NCBI GenBank assembly: GCA_965199855.1
Contig: OZ241326.1
Coordinates: 1,216,001 to 1,280,000, forward strand
Direction of reading: 5' to 3'
DNA length: 64,000 nucleotides
Source of the DNA: a bacterium
Lineage (GTDB): Bacteria > UBA8248
The translations under genes and the position numbers were made by a program. The first letter of the stretch is position 1, and each line of letters opens with the position of its first letter. A model generated the notes under the pieces. It was not told the origin of the DNA and ran no database searches. It saw nothing but the letters and a program-made list of their open reading frames with translations. Below, piece after piece: positions 8,580-18,040 of this stretch.

Positions 8580-11500
8580 TCATCTCCCCTTCGCCAGGAG
8601 GAGAATCGCGGCGATGCGCCGCGCGGCCTCGGAGAAATGCCGAACCTCCGCGGGCTTCAGGGGACGGCCGAGGACGGCGCGCTCCCGGTAGGAGAGCCAC
8701 TTCTTCAATACCTGATACCCGCCGAGCCGATAGCCCCAGACGGCGGCGGGAACCCCGCGCCAGAAGGCGCGCTCGTTGAGGCGCACGTCAAAGGCGCTCC
8801 CCCCGAGCGCGGGAAGGGCGTCCCCCAGGGCGGCGCGCTCCTCCTCCGTCCAGGCGCGCTCGACGGCGCGGCCCGCCCCGGGCATGACGGCGCCGCCCGA
8901 ACCCAAGCGGCCCCAGCCCGCCGCCGCGATGAAGTCCGCCCCGCGCATCTGCCCGCCCCGCGCGGCGGCGGGGACGGCGATGGCCGCCGTCTCCGGCTTC
9001 AAGGCGCCCGCCGTCACGCCGGGGACGGGCCGCTCCGCGTCCAGCAGGCGGGCGAGCTCGCGCCCCCGCGCGGCGGATTCGGCGAGGAGCCTCGCGGCGT
9101 CCTCCCCCCCGCCTTCCGGCCAGCCGGGCAGGGGGATTCTCGGCCATTCCATGCGCAGCGCGCCGGCGTTCGCCTCCCGATACGCGGGGTCGTGCAGCGC
9201 GGCGAGGGCGTGATGAAACAAATCCTCCGCGTCCGCGCCCGCCCGCTTCAAATATCTTTGCGCCGCCTCCGTGAGATTCGGGCGGCGTCCATCCTCGCCC
9301 GCTTTCAGGGCATCCCCTCGGAGATATGCGGGGAACATATTGGTTCCACGTTCAATCAGATGCATCGAAGCGATATGCCGCGTGAAACATGCTTGTGGTT
9401 CTTCCCCGCCCTTCCTTAAATGCTGAGCAGAGGAGAACCAAAGGTTTTTCTCGAATACGTGCGGTTTGTATTCGGCGCGCTTCTCGTCAAGCAACTTCGT
9501 CTCTCCCTCCCAATAGAGCCATCGGGTATCGAAGGGGCGATAGGCGAAGCGAACGAAGCCGCTATCGTCCGGGCCGCCGCGGGCGAGAAGCGTTTCCCGA
9601 GTCTTGCGAGGGTCGAAACGCCCGGTCGTTCGCATCACGACCGGATAACGTCGGGCGATCTCTTCATTGTCCAGATCCGGATTGAAGTAATCGGCGACGC
9701 GGGCTTTCAGGCGGTCGAGATCGATATCCACGAGAAACGAATCGCGGCCAGTATTGACGCCGGGGAAGGAGACCGGAAACAGGTCGGGCAGGGCGGGCAA
9801 GCCGAACCAGTCCGCGCTCGTCTTCACCGGCGCGAAGGGAAGGCCGAGGGGCAAAACCGGCTCGACCCGCTCATAGAGGGCGTCCGGCGGCGCCTCGGCC
9901 GTGGCCAGCAGCTCCTCCCGCTTCGCCTCGCCCCACAGGTGGCGGAAGGCGACCTCGCCGGCGGGGGCGTGGTTCTCCTTCCGGACGAGGGTGGCGACCG
10001 CCGTTCCCACCTGGATGCCCACCGGGTCGCCCTCGGTGGAGAACACGCTGGGGTCGGGGGCGCCGTCCGGCGTCGTCTTGCCCGTCCGGTATCTGTCCCC
10101 GTTCAGGCAGTCGATGCGAATCGCGTCGAAGGCCTCCAGATACCGCTCGCGCATTCCGGGGAAGGAAAGCCCGTCCAGCCAGGAGTAGTTCGAGATGAAG
10201 CACACCACCCCCCGGCCCGTCTTCTCGGCGATGCGCCGCTCCGCCATGCGGAAGAAGCGGACGTAGAGGTCGTTCAGCCCCTGCCCCTCCGGCTTCCTCG
10301 CGCGCCTCGTCGTCCGGTAGGCTTCGCTCAGCCCGCGCTCCTCCTCGACGGCCACGCCCGCGAAGCCGTTGTAGGGCGGGTTGCCGAGGATGACGAGGAT
10401 GGGCGTCTCCCGCTTCACCCGCTCGGCGCGCTCGCGCTCCTCCTCCAGTTCGGGAAAGGGCAGGGGCTTGTTCGTCTTCGGCTCCCAGCCCGTGAGCGCG
10501 TTGGTGAGGAACACGCCCGCGCGCTCCTCCCCGCCCAGCGGCGCGCCGAGCGCGCGCAGGGCGAGCGCCACCTGCAGGTGCGCGACGACGAAGGGGGCGG
10601 GCATGATCTCGAAGCCGAACACGCGCCCGAGCGCCGCCTCCTTCACCCGCGCCCCCGCCAGCGCGCCCAGCCCCCGGCCCTCGAGGTTGGCGGCGATTCT
10701 CCTGAGAACCTCGGCCAGATAGGCGCCCGTGCCGCAGCAGGGGTCGAGCACATAGACGTTCTCCGCCGCCAGTCCCTCGGCGACGCCGAGGTCGTCCTTG
10801 AGCGCCCGGTCCACGCGGGCGACCATGTAGCGCACGACCTCGGGCGGGGTGTACCAGACGCCGAGCTGCTTTCTCAGGCCGGGGTCGAAGGCTTCCAGAA
10901 ACGGCTCGTAGAAGTAGGGAACCGCCTCGCCCTCGTGGAAGCGGGCGAAGAAGGCGGGCCCGTCCACGCGGTCAAGCGCCGCGGCCGTCCAGTCCAGCGC
11001 CTCCACCAGATCGAACAGCCTGAGGCGCCCCGGGGCGGCGACCTCCTGAAACAGGGCGGCAAGCGCGGGGACGCGCAGATGCCAGACCGTCTTTCGCCAG
11101 TCGAACTTCCCGCCCGGCGCGTCTCGCGCCCAGAGCGCCCACGCGGAGAAAATTCCGTAGAAAAGCGTCTGCACGATTGTTGAATGGAAAAAGCGCGTTC
11201 CGCGCGCCCCCTCGAAGCGGACGCCCAGGGCTTCCTCCAGCGCGCCCCGCAGGGCGGCGAGGGCGCCGCCGCCCGCGTCGATCGCCTGCGCGCGGGCGAG
11301 GCCGTCCCGCGCGTAGGAGGCCAGCAGCCAGGCCAGATCCTTCGGCTCGGAGATCGCCGCCTGATGCGCGAGGGCGCGGGCGAGGTATTCGACCAGCCCC
11401 GGGCCGGCGCTCCGGGCGAAGGCGCGCGGCTTTCGCAATTTGCGCTCGAAGTCCTCCGCGCTCTCCGCCAGCCGGAAGCTTTCGAGCTTCGCCGGCTCGC

Positions 11501-11927
11501 CCGCCCGCTCGCCCACGAGGAGGAAATCGCGCGTGTTCGTCACCAGAACGAGGCGGTAGCGCCTCCAGTAGCGGCTCACCTGCGCGCCCTCCGCCGTGAG
11601 CCAGGCGTCATCGGCGGCGGGCTTCACCTCCACCACGCCGCGCTCGGGGGTCTGCCCCTCTCTCGGCGCGCCCTTCTGCAGCTGCCGCTTCGCGTAGAGG
11701 CCGAAGTCGGGATGGCCCGCGCCCTGCTCCGCCAGCTGCGGGACGCAGAACACCCGCTCGCCGCGCGGGGCGAGCGCGCCGCCCACCGCGTTCAGCAGGT
11801 TCGCCAGCGCGGGATAGCGGGAGGACTCCGCCGTCGCCCCGCCCGAGGCGCGGACGGCTTCGAGTTCCGTGAAATAAGCCTCCGCCGCCGCCGTGAGTTT
11901 CGGGTTCGCTCCGCTCATGCGCCCCAT
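8580..11927 (-). CDS. single-chain type IIG/ISP-like restriction-modification enzyme (nuclease + N6-adenine MTase + TRD)
   Basis: GHPDFG...VVEVK PD-(D/E)xK motif, GVWYTP, LDPCCGTG (motif I), GNPPY (motif IV), C-terminal GGYQVLKKWL; no helicase motifs seen. Confidence 0.85.
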   Translation of the reverse strand: MGRMSGANPKLTAAAEAYFTELEAVRASGGATAESSRYPALANLLNAVGGALAPRGERVFCVPQLAEQGAGHPDFGLYAKRQLQKGAPREGQTPERGVVEVKPAADDAWLTAEGAQVSRYWRRYRLVLVTNTRDFLLVGERAGEPAKLESFRLAESAEDFERKLRKPRAFARSAGPGLVEYLARALAHQAAISEPKDLAWLLASYARDGLARAQAIDAGGGALAALRGALEEALGVRFEGARGTRFFHSTIVQTLFYGIFSAWALWARDAPGGKFDWRKTVWHLRVPALAALFQEVAAPGRLRLFDLVEALDWTAAALDRVDGPAFFARFHEGEAVPYFYEPFLEAFDPGLRKQLGVWYTPPEVVRYMVARVDRALKDDLGVAEGLAAENVYVLDPCCGTGAYLAEVLRRIAANLEGRGLGALAGARVKEAALGRVFGFEIMPAPFVVAHLQVALALRALGAPLGGEERAGVFLTNALTGWEPKTNKPLPFPELEEERERAERVKRETPILVILGNPPYNGFAGVAVEEERGLSEAYRTTRRARKPEGQGLNDLYVRFFRMAERRIAEKTGRGVVCFISNYSWLDGLSFPGMRERYLEAFDAIRIDCLNGDRYRTGKTTPDGAPDPSVFSTEGDPVGIQVGTAVATLVRKENHAPAGEVAFRHLWGEAKREELLATAEAPPDALYERVEPVLPLGLPFAPVKTSADWFGLPALPDLFPVSFPGVNTGRDSFLVDIDLDRLKARVADYFNPDLDNEEIARRYPVVMRTTGRFDPRKTRETLLARGGPDDSGFVRFAYRPFDTRWLYWEGETKLLDEKRAEYKPHVFEKNLWFSSAQHLRKGGEEPQACFTRHIASMHLIERGTNMFPAYLRGDALKAGEDGRRPNLTEAAQRYLKRAGADAEDLFHHALAALHDPAYREANAGALRMEWPRIPLPGWPEGGGEDAARLLAESAARGRELARLLDAERPVPGVTAGALKPETAAIAVPAAARGGQMRGADFIAAAGWGRLGSGGAVMPGAGRAVERAWTEEERAALGDALPALGGSAFDVRLNERAFWRGVPAAVWGYRLGGYQVLKKWLSYRERAVLGRPLKPAEVRHFSEAARRIAAILLLAKGR

Positions 11928-12012
11928 TCTGGCCCATTCGGAGAGGAGAAGCGAGGGGGGAGGATGTCTGTTTCCAGGGAAAACGCCTCCACAAGAGAGC
12001 CGTTCCCCCTGC

Positions 12013-13425
12013 CTAATTCAAAGACGACATCCCCAAGGCGCCGAAAATCCAAGTCGTTTCTTTCAGTAACGTCAAGGCATCGTCGCGGTCAAGGGGTCGG
12101 CTGTGCGCAATAGCTTTCCGCACCGGATGAAGCCTGCGAAGCGACGCTATGAAGTCGTCTCGTTTTCGGAAAACCGGTTTGAACGCATCATCCCAGTTGT
12201 CTTTTCGGCTGATTACGTCAGCCAAGTCCATGAAATTCGCATACTGCACAAGGGCATAAACCGGCCTGCCATAAGCGCGATCTTCTCCCTGACGCTCTTC
12301 CCAACATTTGCGCACCGACTCGGGAACCCGACGTTTAACCCAGTTCTCGCCATCCAAGGTGCGCAAATGCTCTTGCACCAAATGCCGGAGTCGTTGCTCC
12401 AGATCAGTCAGCACCCGCCAATGTTGCGAATCGAAAACGGCCTCCGAACCAGCTGATTCAATGGCTTGCGGTGCGGGCATCGGCGAGAATCGCAACTCGA
12501 ATTTGTGCGCGACCACCACTTCAGCCGCGGTCGCCTGATCATGTTCGATCTCCGTATCGGCTGGATGAGTTCTGACGCTGGAAGCAATGTCGTCGACGAC
12601 TATCTTCCCGATCTGCTTGGGAAAATGTCTCGGCAACTGGACTGCATCCCCACGGCGTGTTGGGAGAGCAGACCCGATTCTGGATTGTTCAAGCCGGTGC
12701 TTCGCCGCCGTGGCCGCCGCGAGCATGCGCATGGTTGCGTCCAGCCCGATTCTGGATTGTTCAAGTGCGCGTGTCCTCTCCCACGCCGCGCTCAGCATTG
12801 AGAGAGCAGACTCGATTCTGGATTGTTCAAGCTTCGCCTTCGCGGCGAAGCGCGCTACGCCGGTTGGGAGAGCAGACCCGATTTTGGATTGTTCAAGCCG
12901 GTGCTTCGCCGCCGTGGCCGCCGCGAGCATGCGCATGGTTGCGTCCAGCCCGATTCTGGATTGTTCAAGTGCGCGTGTCCTCTCCCACGCCGCGCTCAGC
13001 ATTGAGAGAGCAGACTCGATTCTGGATTGTTCAAGCTTCGCCTTCGCGGCGAAGCGCGCTACGCCGGTTGGGAGAGCAGACCCGATTTTGGATTGTTCAA
13101 GCCGGTGCTTCGCCGCCGTGGCCGCCGCGAGCATGCGCATGGTTGCGTCCAGCCCGATTTTGGATTGTTCAAGCCGGTGCTTCGCCGCCGTGGCCGCCGC
13201 GAGCATGCGCATGGTTGCGTCCAGCCCGGTTGCGGCTTGGTCAAATGCGGGCATGAGGAGGTCGCCCCTCACGCCGGAGCGGAGAGCCATGCGCAGGGTC
13301 TCGGCGATGGCGCAGCGCTGTTTTGTTGGAATTTTTAAGGCCGCCATTTGAATGGCTGACACCGAACCAAGAGCGGCCTTGAAGCCTTTTAATGTTCCCG
13401 CCGCTGAACTATTAACCGATGCCAT
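12013..13425 (-). CDS. Swt1-like HEPN domain protein with repetitive N-terminus
   Basis: C-terminal LEQRLR, YANFMDL, RKAIAH (RxxxxH); N-terminal LEQS(K/R)I repeats. Confidence 0.75.
   Translation of the reverse strand: MASVNSSAAGTLKGFKAALGSVSAIQMAALKIPTKQRCAIAETLRMALRSGVRGDLLMPAFDQAATGLDATMRMLAAATAAKHRLEQSKIGLDATMRMLAAATAAKHRLEQSKIGSALPTGVARFAAKAKLEQSRIESALSMLSAAWERTRALEQSRIGLDATMRMLAAATAAKHRLEQSKIGSALPTGVARFAAKAKLEQSRIESALSMLSAAWERTRALEQSRIGLDATMRMLAAATAAKHRLEQSRIGSALPTRRGDAVQLPRHFPKQIGKIVVDDIASSVRTHPADTEIEHDQATAAEVVVAHKFELRFSPMPAPQAIESAGSEAVFDSQHWRVLTDLEQRLRHLVQEHLRTLDGENWVKRRVPESVRKCWEERQGEDRAYGRPVYALVQYANFMDLADVISRKDNWDDAFKPVFRKRDDFIASLRRLHPVRKAIAHSRPLDRDDALTLLKETTWIFGALGMSSLN
12675..13245. 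repeat. in-frame tandem array: 19-bp core CGATT(C/T)TGGATTGTTCAAG x8 plus one degenerate copy, three alternating intervening segments
   Basis: cores at 12675, 12747, 12813, 12879, 12951, 13017, 13083, 13155, degenerate 13227; spacing 72/66/66 giving a 204-bp super-period. Confidence 0.95.
13255..13320. repeat. 66-bp direct repeat of 13829-13894 (1 mismatch)
   Basis: GAGGAGGTCGCCCCTCACGCCGGAGCGGAGA(G/C)CCATGCGCAGGGTCTCGGCGATGGCGCAGCGCTG at both places. Confidence 0.95.
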
Positions 13426-13498
13426 CTTTTGGCCTCCTCAATGTTGGGCGGAACCACACACCTACCACATTTTCGATGGAAAAACCAATCGAACGCCT

Positions 13499-13525
13499 AA
13501 CGGGCGGTTCCCGAACCGCCCCTAC
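13499..13525 (-). repeat. GTAG-family REP
   Basis: reverse complement GTAGGGGCGGTTCGGGAACCGCCCGTT, identical to 58915-58941. Confidence 0.75.
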
Positions 13526-13549
13526 GGAATCGTCTCTTGCGCTCCCCCC

Positions 13550-14467
13550 TCAGCCCTCCGCCTTCTCCCGCGCCTCGAACACCTTATAGACCGCCGCGCT
13601 GTCGAGATGCCCGTAGCCCAGCTCCTGCCCCTCGGCGAAGACGGGGAGGCAGACGTCGCCCACGGGGGTGAGGGCGCTCGCGCTCCTCGCGAGGGAGAGG
13701 CCGAGCCGGATGTCCTTCGCCAGCACGTCGAGGGCGCTCGCGGGCTTCGAGAACCTGCGGCGAATCATCCGGGGGCCGCGGTTTCTGAGCTGGCGGCTGT
13801 CGGCGGCGCTTCGCGTGAGCGCGTCCAGGAGGAGGTCGCCCCTCACGCCGGAGCGGAGACCCATGCGCAGGGTCTCGGCGATGGCGCAGCGCTGGAGGCA
13901 GGTGAGGTAGTTGATGAGCACCTTCATGGTCGCGCCCGCCCCCGCCGGCCCGCAGTGAATCTGATCGGAGAGCAGGCGGCGCAGCAGCCCCTTCACGCGG
14001 CGATGCGTCCGCTCCGACCCGCCCAGCAGGAAGAGCCCGGAGCGGCGCGCCACGTTCTCGCTGTTGCCGCTCACGCACGCCTCCATGAACGAGAAGCCGC
14101 GCGCCGCGCACAGGCGGGCGATCTCTCTCGCGTCGTCCGGGTCGGAGGTCGTGGCGTCGAGGACGGCCCCGGGCTTTCGCGCGGGCGCGGCGGCGAGGTA
14201 GCCGCTTTCCCCCGCCGCGCATTCGAGGGAGATTTTCGAGTCGGGCACCGAGACGAAGAGAACGTCCGCCGCCTCCGCCGTCTCCCGGGGGGAGGGCAGC
14301 GTCTCCCCGCCCAGCCGCTTGAACTTTCTCCGCGCCGCAGGGTCGGGGTCGGCGCCCACCACCCGGTGGCCGTCCTCGATCAGGTTTTTGGAAAACGCCC
14401 GGCCCATGAGGCCCAGGCCGATGAAGCCGATTGTCTCCTTTCGCCTCGCGCCCGCTTTTCTCGCCAT
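13550..14467 (-). CDS. NAD(P)-dependent oxidoreductase, 3-hydroxyisobutyrate dehydrogenase family
   Basis: IGFIGLGLMG, EACVSG, GAGATMKV, KDI motifs. Confidence 0.9.
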   Translation of the reverse strand: MARKAGARRKETIGFIGLGLMGRAFSKNLIEDGHRVVGADPDPAARRKFKRLGGETLPSPRETAEAADVLFVSVPDSKISLECAAGESGYLAAAPARKPGAVLDATTSDPDDAREIARLCAARGFSFMEACVSGNSENVARRSGLFLLGGSERTHRRVKGLLRRLLSDQIHCGPAGAGATMKVLINYLTCLQRCAIAETLRMGLRSGVRGDLLLDALTRSAADSRQLRNRGPRMIRRRFSKPASALDVLAKDIRLGLSLARSASALTPVGDVCLPVFAEGQELGYGHLDSAAVYKVFEAREKAEG

Positions 14468-14564
14468 GCGCCCGTCCTCTCCTTGAGAATGGTGGTGGAT
14501 GATGCGTCGGTTCGCTGATGAAAGCGCCCGTAGATGAGGGCGGACGGCGGAAGAAGCGGGACGC

Positions 14565-15611
14565 TCAGCCCTCGCGCGGCATGAGCGCCACCTTGACGGC
14601 GCCGTCCCTGCGCCCGCGCATCATGTCGATCCCCTCGTGAACCATCGAGAGGGGAATCCGGTGGGTGATCATGGGGCGGACGTCCAGCGCGCCGCGCGCC
14701 GCCAGGTCGATGCAGACCTCGAAGGCGTCGGGGTGTCCGCGCGAGCCGATGATCTCCTTCTCCAGGTGCTGGATGCGCTCGAGGGGCAGGGGCGCGTCCA
14801 CCGAGAACGCGCCCACGACGACGACGCGCCCGCCCTTGCGCGCCATCTCGACGGCCTGCTCCATCGTCTTCGTCTGCGCCCCGCCCACGACTTCGAGCGC
14901 GGCGTCCGCCCCGCGTCCGCCGGTAAGGCCGCGGACGGCGGCGACGGGGTCGTCCCGGGAGGCGTCTATCGTCTCGTCCGCCCCCATCTCCCGCGCGATT
15001 TCGAGCCTCTCCGCCGCGGCGTCGACGGCGAGGACGCGGGCGCCCGCGTATTTCGCGGCGGCGAGCGCGCACAGCCCCACGGGCCCCATGCCGAGAATGG
15101 CGGCGCTCTCGCCCGCCTCCAGGCGCGCGCGCTTCATCACGACGTGGTAGCCCGTTCCCAGCGTCTGCATGACGGCGGCCGAGGCGTCGTCGAGCGCGTC
15201 CGGCAGGGGGAGCAGGCACCGCGCCGGGACGAGGACGTGCCGGCTGTAGCCGCCGTCGGCGTTCATGCCGATGGAGCGCGAATCGTCGCACAGGTTCACC
15301 CGGCCCATCCGGCAGAAATGGCATTTTCCGCAGTGGACGTGGTTCTCGACGCAGACGCGCGCGCCGACCTCCGCGCCGGAGACGCCCTCGCCCAGCGCGG
15401 CGACCAGGCCCATGATCTCGTGCCCCGGCACGACGGGATACCTCGCGCGCTTCACGTGGCCGTCCATCAGGTGGAAGTCGCTGCCGCATATCGCGCAGGC
15501 GCCGACCTCGATGAGCGCCTCGCCCGGCCCCGGCTCCGGCACGGGACGCTCCTCGAGCTCCAGGCGTCCGGGCTCACGCAGCACGGCGGCGAGGGAGCTT
15601 CGCGCGGACAA
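14565..15611 (-). CDS. zinc-binding (MDR) dehydrogenase
   Basis: ICGSD, GHE, CGKCHFC...C structural Zn, GMGPVG. Confidence 0.9.
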   Translation of the reverse strand: MSARSSLAAVLREPGRLELEERPVPEPGPGEALIEVGACAICGSDFHLMDGHVKRARYPVVPGHEIMGLVAALGEGVSGAEVGARVCVENHVHCGKCHFCRMGRVNLCDDSRSIGMNADGGYSRHVLVPARCLLPLPDALDDASAAVMQTLGTGYHVVMKRARLEAGESAAILGMGPVGLCALAAAKYAGARVLAVDAAAERLEIAREMGADETIDASRDDPVAAVRGLTGGRGADAALEVVGGAQTKTMEQAVEMARKGGRVVVVGAFSVDAPLPLERIQHLEKEIIGSRGHPDAFEVCIDLAARGALDVRPMITHRIPLSMVHEGIDMMRGRRDGAVKVALMPREG

Positions 15612-15828
15612 GGAGAATCCTCCGGGCGTTCATGCGGGGAGACGTGGCGATGCGGACGCCATCATAGGAGCTTCCGGCGCGCTTCGCCAGGGCGCGGGGC
15701 GCTTTCCGCCTTTCTCGGCGTCCCGTTTGGCCTTTGCGCTCGCCCGCGCTCTCCGTCAATGAGCGCGCGCGCCTTGCGGAGTCCGCCGCCGCGCTGGTAG
15801 GATTCGCCCGTCCCCGGGGGAGAAAGCG

Positions 15829-16920
15829 ATGGTCATTCAGAAGAGGGAGGTCGGCGTCGGCCTCATCGGCGCGGGCAAGATCGGCTCGCTCCGCGCGCAT
15901 CTGGCGGCGACCTCGCCGGTGGTCAACTTCTTCGCCGTCGCCGACGTCGACCCCGAGCGCGCCCGCGCCGTCGCCCAGCAGAACGAGGCGGCGCTTCACA
16001 CCTCTGACAACCGCGAAGTCATCGAGCACCCCCAGGTGGACGCCCTCATCGTCTCGACGCCCGAGGGCGAGCACGCCGAGGCCATCTGCATGGCGCTCGA
16101 GGCGGGCAAGCCCGTGCTGGTGGAGAAGCCCATCGCGCTCACCCTGCCCGACGCCGACCGGATTCTGGAGGCGCGGGCGCGGGGCGGGGCGGAGCTCTAC
16201 ATCGGCTACACGCAGCGGCTGCGCCGGAAATTCCTGGCCGTGAAGGAGCACATCGACGCGGGGCGCCTGGGCGAGGTGATGACCGCCCGCATGACCATCT
16301 ACAACACGCGCCCCACGGCGCGGCAGGTCTATCTGCGCGCCCCCCGCGCCAACCCCTTCACGGACGAGATCACCTACATGGCGGACATGGCGCTGTGGTT
16401 CTTCGCCCCGAGAAGGCCGGTTCGCGTCTATGCGCAGGCGGGCAGCGAGGTGTTTCACGAGCATCCCGACCAGATGGGCGACTACGGCTGGGCCATCGTC
16501 ACCTTCGAGGACGGGGCGGCGGCGTGCCTGGGCGGAAACTGGGCGCTGCCGGAACACTGGCCGGCGACGGTGGCGACCATCAGCATGGACGTATTCGGGA
16601 GCGAGGGAGCGATACGCATCGACGACGGCCACAAGGACGTGATGATGGTGGGCAACGAGCGCCTCCCCTCGCCCTACGCGCCGGACTCCTCGGTGGAGGT
16701 CGCCTTTCTGGGCTCCGCCATGCCGGGCGACTGGGCGGTGGGGGACTTCGTGGGGCCGATGCGCGACGAGACGAGGCTCTTCCTCGAGCGCGTGACGACC
16801 GGAAAGGAAGTGCCGCTCTGCGACGCGGAGACCGCGCGCGCGGTGCTGGAGCTCACCCTGGCGATGGAGGAGAGCGCGCGCCGCGGCGGCGAGGTCGTCG
16901 CGCTGCCGCTCGGGGGATGA
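15829..16920 (+). CDS. Gfo/Idh/MocA family oxidoreductase
   Basis: GLIGAGKIG, STPEGEH, GKPVLVEKP. Confidence 0.9.
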   Translation: MVIQKREVGVGLIGAGKIGSLRAHLAATSPVVNFFAVADVDPERARAVAQQNEAALHTSDNREVIEHPQVDALIVSTPEGEHAEAICMALEAGKPVLVEKPIALTLPDADRILEARARGGAELYIGYTQRLRRKFLAVKEHIDAGRLGEVMTARMTIYNTRPTARQVYLRAPRANPFTDEITYMADMALWFFAPRRPVRVYAQAGSEVFHEHPDQMGDYGWAIVTFEDGAAACLGGNWALPEHWPATVATISMDVFGSEGAIRIDDGHKDVMMVGNERLPSPYAPDSSVEVAFLGSAMPGDWAVGDFVGPMRDETRLFLERVTTGKEVPLCDAETARAVLELTLAMEESARRGGEVVALPLGG

Positions 16921-16924
16921 GGCG

Positions 16925-18007
16925 GTGAGGCGAATCGGACTGGGAATCATCGGCTCGGGGCGCATGGGCAGACTCCGCGCGCATCTGGCCTCGGGCGCGC
17001 CGGAGGTGGGCTTCCTCGCCCTCTCGGACAGGGACCCGGAGCGCGCCGCGCGCCTGGCGGAGGAGACGCGGGCGGACTTCCATTCGGGCGACAACGAGGC
17101 CGTGCTCTCCCGCCCGGAGGTGGACGCCGTCATCGTCTCGACCCCCGAGTTCGACCACGCCGACGCCGTCTGCCGCGCGCTCGAACTGGGAAAGCCGGTG
17201 CTTTGCGAGAAGCCCATCTCCCTGTCCCTGGAGGACGCGGACAGGATCGTGGCGGCGCATGAGGAATCGGGGACGGAGCTCTTCATCGGCTACACGCAGA
17301 GGCAGAGGCGCCGCTTCCTGAACGCGAAGGAGCAGATTCAGCGCGGGCGGCTGGGGCGTCTGCAAACCGCGCGCGCCACGCTCTACAACGCGGTGACGAA
17401 CGGGGCGGAAATCTACAAACGCGCCGCCCACGCGGGGCCCGTCACCGACACGCTCACCTACATGGTGGACATCTGCCTGTGGTATTTCGAGGGCAGAAAG
17501 CCCGCGCGCGTCTATGCCCAGGGGGGGAGCAAGGTGTTTCCCCACCACCCCATGGGCTGCGGGGACTGGGCCTGGGCCATTCTCACCTTCGAGGACGGCG
17601 GCACGGTGAACTTCGGCTGCTCCTGGATTCTGCCGGACAACTGGCCGGCGAACATCACCTCCATCGACCTCGAGGTCATGGGCGAGGAGGGCGCCATCGC
17701 CATCGACGATTCCCACAAGAACGCCGTCATGGCGACCAGCAGGGGCGTGCCCTCGCCCTACGTGGAGGGCGCCTCCTCGAACGTGGTCTTCCTGGAGACC
17801 ATGATGGCGGGCGACTGGCTGGTGGGCGACTTCTGGGGCCCCATGCGCGATGAGACGAGGCTTTTCCTCGAGCGGGTGACGATGGGACGGAGCGTCTCGC
17901 TCGCCCTGCCGCGTCACGCCCGCGCGGTGCTGGAGGTGACGCTGGCGATCGAGAAGAGCGCGAAGGAGAACCGCCCCGTGGATTTTCCGCTCGAAAACGG
18001 CCATTAG
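16925..18007 (+). CDS. Gfo/Idh/MocA family oxidoreductase (tandem paralog)
   Basis: GIIGSGRMG, STPEFDH, GKPVLCEKP; shares GPMRDETRLFLERVT with upstream gene. Confidence 0.9.
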   Translation: MRRIGLGIIGSGRMGRLRAHLASGAPEVGFLALSDRDPERAARLAEETRADFHSGDNEAVLSRPEVDAVIVSTPEFDHADAVCRALELGKPVLCEKPISLSLEDADRIVAAHEESGTELFIGYTQRQRRRFLNAKEQIQRGRLGRLQTARATLYNAVTNGAEIYKRAAHAGPVTDTLTYMVDICLWYFEGRKPARVYAQGGSKVFPHHPMGCGDWAWAILTFEDGGTVNFGCSWILPDNWPANITSIDLEVMGEEGAIAIDDSHKNAVMATSRGVPSPYVEGASSNVVFLETMMAGDWLVGDFWGPMRDETRLFLERVTMGRSVSLALPRHARAVLEVTLAIEKSAKENRPVDFPLENGH

Positions 18008-18040
18008 CCCGCCGATGACGGCGAAGCGGCTCCGCTCCGC

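Noticed and set aside
12675-13245. CRISPR array interpretation of the 19-bp core repeats
   Set aside because: Intervening segments recur identically (only three types), all unit lengths are multiples of 3 within an open ORF, the core is short and non-palindromic, and no cas genes are in the window.
13255-13894. Diversity-generating retroelement TR/VR pair
   Set aside because: Only one mismatch, not at an adenine, and no reverse transcriptase in the window.
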